Below, piece after piece: positions 38,994-51,699 of a stretch of DNA of 64,000 nucleotides; positions within the stretch are counted from its first letter, which is position 1, and each line of letters opens with the position of its first letter. Below the pieces are notes generated by a model. The model was not told the origin of the DNA. It did no database searches and saw only the letters and a list, made by a program, of their open reading frames with translations. Position numbers and translations under genes: made by a program. This DNA comes from Monocercomonoides exilis PA203 (lineage: Eukaryota; Protista; Preaxostyla), in contig LSRY02000009.1 in the NCBI GenBank assembly GCA_001643675.2, forward strand, positions 1 through 64,000, given 5' to 3'.

Positions 38994-40446
38994 TCATTCG
39001 ATGATGATGTATTGTGTGACAATCTTCCTCGCCATTGCTCTGTTTCCATGATGCCGATGGAGCAGAGAAAGGTTGAAGGCCGCTTCGCGAAGAGGAGTTT
39101 TCTGAATATTCAGCGATAAATTGCATGTTGAAGTGGCAGCTGGAGACAAGTTCGATAAAAGCTGCTGTGAAGGCAAAATTAGTTGCTCATTTGAAGAGAA
39201 AGTAGGAGACATTTCAGCAGAATCAGATGTTGTCTGTTTGAGATGAAGAAGAGCGAAGTTCAAAGGCGTCGATGGTGCAAGTTCTTTCTGTGAATGCAGC
39301 TCAGAAAGAGACGAGGAAGGCGACTGAGATGGAGAAGATGAGTTTGGCAGTGCTGTTGCCTTTGAGGACAATTCATTCAGCGTGGCAGAAGCAGAAGACA
39401 GGAAAGAAAAGGAGTTTGGAGGAGTTAGCACTTTGGTATCAATATCAACCAATCGTTTTGCTGAAGATGAATTTGAAGAAGAGGAAGAGGAAGGCGGCAA
39501 AGGAGACGGAGATGGGGATAAAGACTGAGAAGGAGAAGGAAAAGAAGATGAAGAAGAAAAACAATGTGAAGAGCGAGGTTGCATTGATGATATATCTTGA
39601 ATAGAGGAGTTCAGTGCCTGCATGTAGAAGTGGAGGCTGTATGTGTTCAGCCCGATATGTTGAAAGGCACGCCCAAGATTGTACTCGGCTTCTGCTTTGT
39701 TCTGAACAGATAAGAAAATTGACGTCAATGAAATAGAGATAAGAAAAAGAGAAAGAATATTAAAGGAAAAAAGAAACTAATTTTGACAATTAGACTAAAT
39801 TATTGAAATTTCTCATAAAGTTTCTTCTTTTTTTCTCTTACAAATTTTACCATTTTCATCAACATTATCAACAACGCAACAGAAGTCATGCATTATTCCT
39901 TATTTCAGCACACCTCCCTCAGCTTCAAGTATCGGAGCATAAACACAAATGCCCTAAGAGCGCATTCTTGCTTGTCCTTCGTGTTCTTCGTGAGTACCCT
40001 CATCAAATAGCACAGCCCAATCATCAGACACAGAAACGGATCACTCAGCTCATCCACGTTGTATGCCTTGCTTTCTCCTTCTGCTCTGATTGCCTCTTCC
40101 TTCTTTGTCTTCCTCATCTTCCGCTTCTTCCTCTCCTCCAGTGATATCAGTGCAGCCACATAATGAGCAGTCGCCGATGCATATGCCCCGTGCGAAAAGG
40201 CATCGTTTCCAGTCAAAATCATCAAAATTGGGTGGAACGGATGGAGCGAAGATTGTCTCCGAATAAACTTCGTGTCTGCGCTGAAGTTGGTCCTGCAATG
40301 CATCCAGTGGAACAGCGTCAGAAGGAGGTTGTAGTCAAACGAGGACAAAACAGAAAATTCTTCAATCGTCTCTGGCCTGTACGGATGGATCATTTGCTGT
40401 GCAGATGCTGCGTCATCGTCTTTCTTCTTGCCTTCTTCATTCTCCT

Positions 40447-40483
<37 letters not shown>

Positions 40484-43122
40484 TTCCTTCTCCTTCTCCT
40501 TCTCCTTCTCTCTGTGCATAATTCTTCCTTCTCTCCACTTTCTGTACAGAAGCAGCTGCCTCAGCAGGCGATGCACTGCCAGCGGCACATCAAACAGCAC
40601 CGCCAGCATAATCGTCGTGCGACACAACAAATCTGACCACTTTGCTGTGAAGACTGTCTCATCCAGCGCAAAGAACAGCGAAAGAGCGCAGTCAGACTGG
40701 CCAATCACAAACAGGCTGACAATCGCCTCTTCACTCGCCACAAGCAAACTCTCCTCAAATTTTGTTGGGAAAAGATCGGTGAACGATGCTCGAGTAAGTT
40801 GAATAATCTCTTTCAGTGTCAGCTCTTCTTCATTTTCGCCTTCTCCATCTCCATCTCCTTCTTCTCCGCCTTCCTCTTCTACTTCATTCTTCTCCTCTTT
40901 CTCTTTCTTTTCCTCTTTTTCCTCATTCTCATCCTTTTCATTCTTTTCTTTTTCATTATCCTCCTCCTCATCATCTTCATCATCATCCTCTTCTTCTTCT
41001 CTCTTTAATTTCTCTTCTCCTTCATCTTCCTTTGCCTTTTTCTCTGTCCCTGTGCTTTCTTTGTCTTTCTTCCTTCTTTTACCTCTTCGTCTTCCCCAAA
41101 GTGGCTGCTTTGGTTTAATCCCATCTGTCGGCTTTACGCTCTCCTTCGCATACCATGGACGTTCTGAGGCTGTCTTCTTTTTTGACACCTTTGCCTCTTC
41201 TCCTTCTCCTTCACCTTCACCTTCACCTTCCGCTTTCTCCTTTTTCTCTTTCATTTTCCTTTCCTCCTCTTCTTTCTCCTTCTTTCTCCTCCTTCTTCTC
41301 TTTCCTGCCTCTCCATTAAACGCATCCATCAGCCTCCTGTTTGTCGCTTTGCCCACTCTTTTCTGCCGGCAGCGCTTGAGAAAGTGCCACAAAAGAGGAT
41401 AAAGTGTCTCTGCACATTTTTTGTACTGCTGCGACGTGAAGAACAGATCTGCCTGCTCAAATGCAAGGCAAAGATGAGTCAGTGGCAGAGGCAGCGGGAA
41501 ATACATCACATCTGGTGAAAAAATGGCTGCTTTGGCGTTTTCGTTGTCTGGATAGCTGATGAATGAGCTTGGAAGCTCATCAAATGAGCCACTTGAAGAG
41601 AGAAAGACAGAAGGCAGTGGAGGGATGATATCAAACGGAGTGAAGATGGAGTCTGAAGGCAACTGAGATGAATGAGAAATGTCCGAAGAGGAAGAAAAGG
41701 AAGAAGTTGGCAGAGGCGAAGATGGTGTTTGTTCTTTATCTTTTCCATCTTCCAAAATTTCTTTCTCTGTTGTTTCTGAAAATGAGGACTTTTCTGCGCT
41801 TTCTCCTAATCCGCTTTGAATCGGAGCCTCATTCTTTTTTGCTTCTTCAGAAGGCATTCCAACTGCATCTGCAGCATGCATAGAATTAGTTCCCTCAGCA
41901 GTTTCATTTCCTTTCTGTTGTTTTCCAACTTGAATGTGCTGAGCATCAAGCGGAGCATTTATGACTGCCAAGGCCTGTTCTGTTCGGCCGAGCGAGCGAA
42001 GGATCTTCGCCAGATCGATCTTCGCCTCTACATTTGACGCATCAGCAGCCACAAGCTCAATCCCAACTTCAGCTGCCTTTTCGAGCATTCCGCACTCCCG
42101 AAACGTGGACATCGCCATCTGAAGCACCGGAAGCGTGTGGAACTCGGGCAGCGCAAGGAGATGCCTCAGAATGGGAGCTGCGTCTGTGTGCAGTTGCTCT
42201 TCTGCCATTGCAGCACACACAAGCTGCAGAAGATCACCATACTCGTCAAGTGGCAACTGCATCAGCTTCGACACGCATGGTTTCCATTGCGATGTGCGAT
42301 GGAGACGCACAAAGCACACTGCTTCCTTTGCCAGAAGATCAGCGGGAACTTGCAATATATACCCTTCATCCAGTAAATGTACCTGCTCCGACGAAGAAGT
42401 TGTTGATTGAGATTTGTTAGTTAATTTTTCAAGCAGCAAAAGCACGTCCCCCCAACGTTTTTGAGCAATATAAATATCGCACAGTATGTTGACAAAATGC
42501 AGGTTCTTTGGAAATGCGCTTAATCCATTTTCTATCGTGTTTGCCGCTAATTCATATTCCTTCATTTCAAAACATATTCTTGAAATTTCTCTGAAAGACA
42601 TTATTGGCAAATCCTTTCTCTTTGTAAATGGTTTTATAGTTGTTGTGGCCTTGTTGAAATCCTTTTGACTCAAAAGAATCCTTGCACGAGCAATTGCAAC
42701 ATCAGTATTGGAGGGATCAACTTTAAGAACTCTCTGATAACAATAAGCTGCTTGATTGTTATTTCCCAGTTCAAGAGCAATTTCTGCTATGTGCAGCCAC
42801 CATCCAACATTCGATGGTCGTAAATGAGCAGCAATTAGAAAAAATTCCATTGATTTCTCTTTTTCGCCAATCTTTCAAAAAAAGAATGAATGCAATTATT
42901 AAAATTTTTAAATATTACATGCATATAAGCAAAAACCTCTTCGTAAATTATTCCAAGAGTATTATAAGGTTCAGGCAAGGAAGGAGTTTGCTTGATAATT
43001 TCTAAGTAGAGATGGATAGCCTGCTCGAATTCGTGCGATATGTAAAACTCAACTGCCTTTCCAAGTAGCTTTGATAGAGAAACTGGAATTTTTTTTATTC
43101 CTGTTCTTTTCTCTCCCTCCAT
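38994..43122 (-). CDS. GTF3C3: RNA polymerase III factor TFIIIC TPR subunit (TFIIIC102/Tfc4), 1283 aa, 3 exons
   Basis: join(43122-42937, 42871-39914, 39701-38994). N-terminal TPRs (EIIKQTPSLPEPYNTLGIIYEE, FLIAAHLRP) and C-terminal EAEYNLGRAFQHIGL...REAAFNLSLL, typical of Tfc4/GTF3C3. Confidence 0.88.
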
Positions 43123-43465
43123 TGTCGCTAATTTTAAATATTAATATTGATCTTAAACATTATGATTCATTGAAGATCATAATTTCATATGTGTTGACAA
43201 AAACTAAAAATTTAAACTTATTTTTCAAGCCCTTAAAGTTTTATGAATATTAGAATATAAATTGTTATTTAAGAGTGATGCAACTAGAAATGATCAAAAT
43301 ATTACATAAAAAAATCTAACATTTTCGCCTTTAAATGAAACGAGGCAATTGAAAATAATTAAAATGAAAGAAAGAGTTGTTATATAACTAAAAATTAAAT
43401 ATAATTCCAAAAAATAAATGTTAAAAAAATTATAAAGATAAAAATGTTAAAACTTATAAGCAGTT

Positions 43466-46336
43466 TCATGGAGTTCGAGGTGGATGAAAAGGTACAACAA
43501 GATAATCGTCTTTCAGTCCAAATTCAGCAGAGCTAATTGTCTGTGGAATGAAAGGCTGATAAATCTTTCCGTCTTCAACAGGCTCCTTCTGCAAGTATTT
43601 TTCAACAAGCTCGCTCGTCTCCACCAGAAAAGAGAGAGAAGATGGGTGTGGAATGTTTGTCTGCGCCTGCAGCCTCCGGCAGAATGACAAGTGTCGCTTC
43701 AATTTCTCACTCAGTTCTCTGTCAAACACAGACACCGCTGCTGAAGACTCTGTCTTGGTGAATGCAGATGATGTCATCTTCTCATTCTCTCCTCTTCTTT
43801 CTTCTCCTTCTCTTTCTCCTTCTCCTTCATCTATCTCTTCATCCAACGCAGGCTGAGTGGCAGGGATGGACTCAGCAGAGCCAGCCAAGCATTCCCCTCT
43901 CCACTGCACCAGCAGCTGCACAAGGGTGTCTATTAAGCTGCTGGTGACACTCAGCACATTCAGCTCCCACCCCACTTCGTCTGGGTCGAATGCCATCTCC
44001 TTCCACACACTCGCCGAAAAGACAGGAATACGCAGCATCTGGGCAGGCAGCATCACGCCTTCCTCAGCAGATTGAGAAGAGGGAGAGGAAGAAGAAGAAG
44101 AAGAAGTAGAGAAAGAAGAAGCTGAATGAAAAGCTGATGTGTGAGTAGAACTTCTACCTATTCTGATGGCATTTTGGTGTGTTTTTGGGGGCGGAGGGAG
44201 CTGTGGTGAATTTGGCGGAGAGAAAAAGGAGGATTCGTCGAAGGAGGAAGGCAGAGAAGGCGATGTGCATTCAGATTGGGCTGAGTGGAAGGCAGCTTTT
44301 GTGGCGCGGGTGTTTGAGAGATAAGAAGGAATTGGATAGGCTTTGAGGGGGCGAGGGTGGTGGGTGGATTGCTGCTGGAGAGCATATGACACAGAAGAGG
44401 AAGAGGAGGAAGAGGAGGGGGAAGAAGAAGAGGAAGAAGAAGGAGAAGTGGATGAGGATAAGGAGGAAGAAGAGGAAGAGGAGGAGGAAGTTGAAGATGA
44501 AGGAGGAAGAAATTGTTCAATCGATGAGAATGATACAAATCTTGAAGAAGAAGAAGAAAATGAAGAAGAAGATGATGATGATGATGATGAAGGAAGTTTG
44601 TTTGAAGCAGAAAGATTTTCTACAGCTTTGTAGTTTAATTCATTCTTTTGTCCTTCTCTTTCACTCAGCATGTCTTCCTCTGTTTTCATGTCCCAATTAA
44701 ACAACTTCGCAAAAAATCGCTTGAACATCGAATTTTTCTGTGAAGCAGACACTTTTTTCTCATCATTTTCTGAATGACTTGCATTTCTGTGCTTCGAAGA
44801 CGGCAGCAGCGACACGTCAATCTCAAAGTGATTTCTCTTCTTTTTGTCGCTTTGGCTGGCTGAAGATGTTGTTTTGACTGGAATCCGCTTTCTCTTTTGA
44901 GATGGGCGTGTTACTGCGTCTTCTTTCTCCTCTTTTTGGTTGTTGACTGAGCATTCCAACTGCATAGCATCTTCCTTTGCAGCAGAAAGTTCACTGCCAA
45001 CAACTCCATTTTCTGGATCAATATCACTTTTGATATCTTCTTCTTCTCCTTTTCCTTCTTCTTTCATGTCCATCATATCTTCAACATCTTCTTTCTCCCC
45101 CTCTTCCTCCTCTTCTTCAAAGTATTCATCGTCCTCTTCTTCGCTTTCTGCTTCTTCATCATCTTCAACATATGACTCGTCTTCTGTTGATTCACTATTT
45201 TCTTCATTCAACTCGTCTTCATCCATCTGTTTGCTTTGCGTATTTGACACTGTTTGCTCGTTATCCTCTTCATTCTCCATTTCTTTCTCTCCATCATTTT
45301 CCTTTTCATTGCTGTTTTTCGCCTCATTTTCCATATCCGCCTCGGCAGTCTCTTCATTTGCCTTGTTTTTCTCCGCTCTTCTTCTATTGTAATGCCTCTT
45401 CATCTTTCCTCCTCCTTTGATTCGCATAATCTCATTCTCTTTCTTCGCTTCCTGATTCGATCTTGTTCGCTTCTGCTTCGGAGGAATCCCATCTTCTGAA
45501 GCGATTGGAGGCAGCATCTCCGCATACTTCGCAGGAGACACCGTGCTCTTCCCTTCTGTTTCATTAGAAAGATCAATAAAGTCCATTGAGCTTAGCCTGT
45601 TGATCGGAGGCGGTGAGTGAAACAGAGCAAGAGGCGTTTTTTGTGGGGTCAGAAATGATTGAGGTGTTCTTGGAACAGCAGCCATCGGAAATTTTCCCAT
45701 TTTTCGAGGGGTCATTGATTGAACTTTTATTTCTTTTTGCTTTGCTTGTGATAGCATTAGTTCATCTTTGACAGCGTTTGTATGTGAAAGAGAACGTTGA
45801 ATTGTGGTCGATTGAAGTTGAAAGATGTATGAAAATATCACATCCAGCATTTGCAAAACAATCGAAATTGCTTCAACTGTTGGAAGTCGTTGCAATAATG
45901 TATATAATCTGACTGAAGTTCCAGAAATACTTGGAGTATCTTTAACTTCTTCTAAAGAATCGTTTTCAACTTTAAGAAATGTAGGTATCTTGTAGAAAAT
46001 TCCATTCGGAAGGCAAATCTGTCCAATGCATTCGCAAATTTCTTCAAATGATTTTTTTAAAAGACGAGAGAAGAAACTTCTCACTCCCGTTGAAAGAATA
46101 ATTTCGTAAGTATCGTCGCGTTGAAGATAAGCAACTCGATGTTTGGGAACCCAATACTTCTTGTTGTTGTAATCAAAATTAATTAAAGATAAGCGAAGGC
46201 CTTTTGGCCATCCATCGGGAATTATTGGTGGTTTAACAACTTCAAAAACAGTTCCACGAAGATTTGAAGTGAACGGATCAATTGCTGGCACTCTCATATA
46301 AACTCTTCGTGGCTGTATCGATTGGGTTTCACTCAT
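43466..46336 (-). CDS. Hypothetical protein, 956 aa, acidic and Ser-rich tracts
   Basis: Long uninterrupted ATG-initiated ORF; no domain recognised. Confidence 0.8.
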   Translation of the reverse strand: MSETQSIQPRRVYMRVPAIDPFTSNLRGTVFEVVKPPIIPDGWPKGLRLSLINFDYNNKKYWVPKHRVAYLQRDDTYEIILSTGVRSFFSRLLKKSFEEICECIGQICLPNGIFYKIPTFLKVENDSLEEVKDTPSISGTSVRLYTLLQRLPTVEAISIVLQMLDVIFSYIFQLQSTTIQRSLSHTNAVKDELMLSQAKQKEIKVQSMTPRKMGKFPMAAVPRTPQSFLTPQKTPLALFHSPPPINRLSSMDFIDLSNETEGKSTVSPAKYAEMLPPIASEDGIPPKQKRTRSNQEAKKENEIMRIKGGGKMKRHYNRRRAEKNKANEETAEADMENEAKNSNEKENDGEKEMENEEDNEQTVSNTQSKQMDEDELNEENSESTEDESYVEDDEEAESEEEDDEYFEEEEEEGEKEDVEDMMDMKEEGKGEEEDIKSDIDPENGVVGSELSAAKEDAMQLECSVNNQKEEKEDAVTRPSQKRKRIPVKTTSSASQSDKKKRNHFEIDVSLLPSSKHRNASHSENDEKKVSASQKNSMFKRFFAKLFNWDMKTEEDMLSEREGQKNELNYKAVENLSASNKLPSSSSSSSSSSFSSSSSRFVSFSSIEQFLPPSSSTSSSSSSSSSLSSSTSPSSSSSSSPSSSSSSSSVSYALQQQSTHHPRPLKAYPIPSYLSNTRATKAAFHSAQSECTSPSLPSSFDESSFFSPPNSPQLPPPPKTHQNAIRIGRSSTHTSAFHSASSFSTSSSSSSSPSSQSAEEGVMLPAQMLRIPVFSASVWKEMAFDPDEVGWELNVLSVTSSLIDTLVQLLVQWRGECLAGSAESIPATQPALDEEIDEGEGEREGEERRGENEKMTSSAFTKTESSAAVSVFDRELSEKLKRHLSFCRRLQAQTNIPHPSSLSFLVETSELVEKYLQKEPVEDGKIYQPFIPQTISSAEFGLKDDYLVVPFHPPRTP

Positions 46337-46430
46337 AACTTCGCTTTAAATACGAAATACAGTAAAAAAGAAAAAAAGAATTATATGATCTTCCTATAAT
46401 TATTTATGGATTTTTTTGTTGTTGAAAGTG

Positions 46431-48533
46431 ATGAATAATGAAGAAGAAAAATTTGGTACCGATAGTATGAATAGTTTAAAATTATTTTCTCAAGCTATTT
46501 CAATATCTCTTCATTCAGGAGAATTAACTGGATTTTCTTCTTTTGTCACACCAATGATGTGCTCAACACGTGTAAATCTTTCTGATTCCAGCCCTTTAGC
46601 AGGTGGGAAAAATTGTGGTGAACAAAGAGAAAATGATGCAGAATCTCCTATTGAAATATTTTCTTCAAGGGAAGATATTGATCAAGCATCTTTATTAAAT
46701 GTTTCTTTACCATATTCTTTCTCAAGCGAAGCAATGCCAATGTTGACAAAAACTTTCGTAAAGATAACGGAGCATGATGAACTTTTGAGTGAGCATTCAA
46801 CGACTGATTTGATTTCCAGTAACGTTGGAGATGATGAATTCAAAAAAGATGATGATTCTGAAGACGAAGAAAGCGAGCTTGTAACTGAAGGAGATGACGA
46901 AAAGCTTTCGGATTATGATTATTACGATGAAGTATTTGAAGAAGACTCTCAGCACGAATGTGGAACATTTACAGAGCAGGAGGAAATTCTTGGGCAGCAG
47001 TTAGTTGCATCTTCAAGTTTTGTTCCTTGTGATCCATTAATTGCAACATATCGTTCACAGAAACTTTACACAAATGAATGCGATCATTTTAATAATTCTG
47101 CACCTGATTTTGACGAATTAGAATCAAGAAGCGAAGAACAAAAATTAGAAAATGATGAGATACAAAAGGACGAAATAGAAGAAGCAAAGACACCAAAAAC
47201 ATTGGAAAATAATGCGTTTTCTGATTTTGTTGAAGTTGAGCCATTGGATCGTTCTCAAATAGAAATTGAAGCGCCTTCTGCCATTATTGAATCCCGAGAG
47301 AATGTTGTGAAAAATGATGAATCTCATCCAAAAAAGAATTTAAAATCCCCAAAGAGTCCAAAGAAACCACGTCAATCTGAAGCCTCTCAGCCGAATATTG
47401 AAATTGCTTCAAGTACATTAATTGCTTCAGCTGCTTCAAATGACTCAAGTGCTTCAGGTTCATCAACAAAGCATATTTCATCTCAAAACTCTTCTTCTTC
47501 TTCGGCAGCAGCAGCTTCAAATACATCCAGTTTGAGTGCGTTTGAGCGGCGACAGCAAAAGATCCTGGAGCTCCGGAAGCAGCGCGAGCAGGAGCGTGCA
47601 GCTGCGCAGAAGGCAGAGCAGAGCAGCTGGGACAACCGCCCTCTTCTGCCGCACGAAAAGCCAGCTCCGATGCGAAAGCTGCCGCCAGCGCCGAAGAGAG
47701 AGTATGAGGCAGTCAGTGTGGTGAACACACATCTGGACGGGGATGTAGCATTCCGAGTGAAGCAGTTGGAAGAGAGAGAGAGGGAAAAGGCGAGGGAAAG
47801 GAGCAGAGCACGCAAAATGGAGAAAGAGAAGGAGAAAGCGATGGAGAAGGGGAAAGACAAGCAAAAACCAAAATATAAGATAAAAATTGATGTAGTCCAC
47901 AATTCATCTGCCGATCTTGATAATCCTGTTCAGCCCGAAAAGGAGCAGAAGAGCGAAACATTAATACTCACTGTGAGAAAGAAGAAGAAGAAGAAGAAAA
48001 GCGCAACAGCTGACAAGCAGCCCAGCCATCGTCCTCATCACGATTCAATCGATCACCCTGGTGTCTTTCTGAAGCACATCAAAAAGCAGAAGATTCAGCC
48101 ACCGGCTATGCTAGCTGACTGCCCCGCGCTTCAGCACCGCCCGCCTCGGAAGGGGCCAGTCAGGCTGAATCTTCCTTGGCTGCTGACTCCGCCTTCGTCT
48201 GCGTATTCGCAGCACACTTCAACTGGTACATCATCTGGTTCTTCGTCATCATCATCTTCTTCTTCGTCTTCTTCGTCTTCGTCTTCGTCCTCTCCTTCTT
48301 CAGCCTCTCCTGCTTCTTCTGCCTCTTCTATTTCTTCTACTTCTCCTTCTGCTTCCACTCCATCTGCTTCCACTTCATTGCCCGTTTCTTCCTCATCGCG
48401 TCTTCGTTCTCCTTCAAAGCAAACACCAGCAAAGTCACTTCAAAGAAAGGCATCTCCAAATTCATCCTCTTCTCCATTTTGCCATAAATCACCTGGTTCT
48501 TCATTTCACACGTCTCGCCTGCCTTCTGTTTGA
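46431..48533 (+). CDS. Hypothetical protein, ~700 aa, acidic N-terminal half and basic/Ser-rich C-terminal half
   Basis: Long uninterrupted ORF. First in-frame ATG is 46431 (track start 46416 is TTG). Divergent from the previous gene. Confidence 0.75.
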   Translation: MNNEEEKFGTDSMNSLKLFSQAISISLHSGELTGFSSFVTPMMCSTRVNLSDSSPLAGGKNCGEQRENDAESPIEIFSSREDIDQASLLNVSLPYSFSSEAMPMLTKTFVKITEHDELLSEHSTTDLISSNVGDDEFKKDDDSEDEESELVTEGDDEKLSDYDYYDEVFEEDSQHECGTFTEQEEILGQQLVASSSFVPCDPLIATYRSQKLYTNECDHFNNSAPDFDELESRSEEQKLENDEIQKDEIEEAKTPKTLENNAFSDFVEVEPLDRSQIEIEAPSAIIESRENVVKNDESHPKKNLKSPKSPKKPRQSEASQPNIEIASSTLIASAASNDSSASGSSTKHISSQNSSSSSAAAASNTSSLSAFERRQQKILELRKQREQERAAAQKAEQSSWDNRPLLPHEKPAPMRKLPPAPKREYEAVSVVNTHLDGDVAFRVKQLEEREREKARERSRARKMEKEKEKAMEKGKDKQKPKYKIKIDVVHNSSADLDNPVQPEKEQKSETLILTVRKKKKKKKSATADKQPSHRPHHDSIDHPGVFLKHIKKQKIQPPAMLADCPALQHRPPRKGPVRLNLPWLLTPPSSAYSQHTSTGTSSGSSSSSSSSSSSSSSSSSSPSSASPASSASSISSTSPSASTPSASTSLPVSSSSRLRSPSKQTPAKSLQRKASPNSSSSPFCHKSPGSSFHTSRLPSV

Positions 48534-48914
48534 GCAGATGATATTTCTTTTCTTTGTTTTGTATTAAAAACAAAAATAGAAAATTTTGTGGTTGTTATTA
48601 AGGCCATTAACTTAAGGGTGAAGCAATCCTACAAATATAATTTTTTGTGAAAGCATTTTTATGTTCAAATGCTTTATTGAAAGTTAATGTTCAAAAAACT
48701 GGATGTTTTTGCTTTATCAAGGTTCATGAAAATGTTTATGAAAAAAGAAGTTTATTTCATTTTGTTTCTATTTTTTTGTCAAAACGACAATGAATTGAAA
48801 TTGTTCATTTATCATTTCCAACTTTGAACAATAATAAAACAAATTCAAAAAAGCTTTGATGCAAATCACAAATTGTTAATTTCTCAGATGTGAAAAATAG
48901 AGTGAAATGCGATA

Positions 48915-51699
48915 CAATGAGTAAAAAACCCGGGACATGGTAAAAAACCCGGACTTTTTGAATATTGTAACTGCATTTTGTTTCATTCAAATATGTTCAA
49001 TTGGCCGATATGTTTTATGTTTTATTCAGTAATTAATGAACATTTGGAGATTTTTTGAATTGAGAATTGTATTAAAAAACAATTTTTGAATTTTTTCAAC
49101 GAATTCAAAGACGTTAATGTGAAATGGTATTTCTTAAATTGTCAAAATTGTTGATGTGGGACAAAATATTTCTCTTCATGCATTTTCATTGAAAAATTAT
49201 GCACTTTTCATTGACTTTTTTGTATCAAAAAACACAATAAAAATGGATCCATTTTTTAACATTCGTGAAATGTTGGAAATTTTTATGTTTTGATTTCAAT
49301 AATTCCTTTTTGCGGATATGAAAATCAAAAATTTTTTGAAATCTGACAAAGTTTAAAAATGTTATAAAAAAAACAATTATTTCATGCTTTGTACATAAAA
49401 AGCTTGAATGTCCGTATTTTCCCCCATGTGATATTATTTAAAAAAAATGAAAGTTGCTATCTACGCAACTTAAGTTTCTTCCTATCCAATGCTCAGTGAA
49501 TTTCATCCTTTGTCTTTTCTAAATTCAGTTAACTGGAAATGAAGAATTGAAGAAATTATCACAAAAAAAAAAAAAATCAATACAAGACAAACAATGAATT
49601 CAAAGTCAAATATTTAAAAGTTTGGCAAAAAATTGGATTTGATTTTCAACAAAAAGAATTTCTAAACAAACTTAATAATATTTCCATCTATTCGTTATCA
49701 TCATGCTGTATTTTATATTTTTTGCTTTCAAATTGAGTTGTATCTTCTGCGCTTTCCTTATGCTAACTTTTCCATTCATCTTTTTCGTAATCTTCGTCAT
49801 CTTCATATAAAAAGTCGCTGTCAATTTTTTTCTTTCTTGTTCTGATGATTCTTTTGGTAAAATTGCTTCTATCAGAATTGGTACGGTGATCTTTGTCATT
49901 GAATAAATTATCTTCTGTTTGTGTGCATCCATCAATGCTGTGTTTTTCATCGATTTTGATATCCATTTTACACTTTCTTGATGATTTGATTTTCCGTTTT
50001 GGTGTGAAAGAATCAAATAGTTCCTTTTTTGCTTCATCTGAAGAAGTTATGGAAGAAGATTTTGACGGTGATCAACTTATTATTGATAGAACTTGAGAAG
50101 CTGCTAGTGGCCAGATTCCTGAATTCAGAAAAGCAGTTTTAATTACTGATGGAGTGGTCGCTGCAGCGATGGCCTCTGGTAAGACCTCAGCAAGTGCCTT
50201 TCTATATAAAGAAGATGAATCATCGATTGGAACTTTGAAATCATTGTGTAATGTTCTTTTCAATCTGGCAAATATCACATTGTCACAGGGCTGGAGGAGA
50301 TGGGTCATGTTAGGGGGAAATGTTTTTATGAAAATTCCGTTATTTTCAGTTTCCATAATGACTTCTGAACATGTATGGGAAGAATGGTTATCAAGAAGAA
50401 GGAGAGCCTTTTTCGAAGATGTCGATTGGATTTTTTGATGAATGAGAGGAATCCAATTTTGAAGCATGATGATTTTATAGATTTCAGTGGTAATCCATCC
50501 TGAAGGTGCAGCAATATAGTTAATATCGAAAAATTTTTAATTAGAAAATTCTTCTGGTATTTTCTTCTTTGGAAAAAGCAAAAAATGAGGAAGATGAGAA
50601 CCATCTGAGCACACGCAAATACATAAAGTCGCGTTTGAAGATTTTCGAGGCTCAGGAGGAGAAGGAGGGATTTGGTCCTTCAAACAGATGACCAACTTTG
50701 CAGAACTTTCTCCAATTTGTACAGAAGATTCATCGAAATTAAAAATATTTGTCACTTCGATATTGTTTCCTTCTACGATTTCTTTCACTTCTTCAAACCA
50801 GCTAATCACACTTTCAGGGCTCTGTGACCGAATTTTTGCAATTTCAAGCGGTCTTGCCAGGGCTGCCTTTAATATGGAGCTTCTTTGAACTAAATAATAA
50901 GATAATTTCGGATGGAGTTTCTCGTTTTCTTCTTCATTTGTTGATTCCGTATTTAAAATGTTAATTGCCTAAAAAAACATAGATAAAATAACTAACATAT
51001 CAAAAAAACGAAAACCATTTCCTGTATGTGCTTCATTCGAACTACAACTCCTTCTGATAATAAAGACAAAACCTGATTCTCAATTTTTTCCAGTTTTTCA
51101 GAATTTATAAGAGATGGTCTTCCTTCTTTTCCAACATCTCTGTTTTCCTTTTCAGCTGTTTTGCTTCTGTACCAATCCTGCCTTGTTATTGCTTTCGCTT
51201 TGACTTCGACGTTCACTGTCAATGGATATGTTTTCTTGATTTCAAAAATTTTTCGAGATCTGGAATGAATTGTCCGATATTCTCTTGTTGCAGCTATCCG
51301 AAGAAGCTCTTCCGAAGTAATTGATTTCTTTTCCTTTTCAAAAAAGGGAATGATCACAATGAGCAAAATGGTTAAAATATTGTTTGAAAGTCAAATAAAA
51401 CAAACCAACCGAAAACAGTTAAAAATACGGTTTGATAATTTCATTTCACTTTCAATTAGCTTTATTTCATCTTTAATTTTCAACTACAAATAAGAAATGT
51501 CGAATAATCATCTTATCTGATGAACAACAGTTGAAGGGAAGATATTCATTGAAACAATTTGAAAAGCATTAACTTTCCAACTTATAATGTTATATCAGAG
51601 CATTTTTTGTTTGAGCAAGCAAATGTTTTAATGAAAGAAAAAAGTTCTTTTTTTTTAAAGTCCGGGTTTTTTACCATGTCCCGGGTTTTTTACTCATTG
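48915..51699 (-). mobile_element. 2785-bp pogo/Fot1-like (Tc1-mariner group) DNA transposon
   Basis: Perfect 43-bp TIRs CAATGAGTAAAAAACCCGGGACATGGTAAAAAACCCGGACTTT (48915-48957, 51657-51699). TA on both flanks (48913-14, 51700-01). Internal DDE_1-type transposase. Confidence 0.95.
49763..51366 (-). pseudogene. pogo-family DD35D transposase, intron-containing, with in-frame stop(s)
   Basis: FNFDES (D 50734), SGWIT, LLLDNHSSH (D 50392), FPPNMTHLLQPCD (D 50284); 35 residues between the last two Asp. 47-nt intron 51015-50969. In-frame TAA at 50537 splits the catalytic domain. TGA at 50072 may be the true or a premature end. Start not resolved. Confidence 0.88.

Noticed and set aside
13528-50539. 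Alternative genetic code (TAA/TAG = Gln, used by some oxymonads) to explain in-frame stops
   Set aside because: ORFs of 900-2600 codons lack in-frame TAA/TAG, intact genes end in TAA, and the interruptions include TGA and frameshifts; pseudogenisation fits better.
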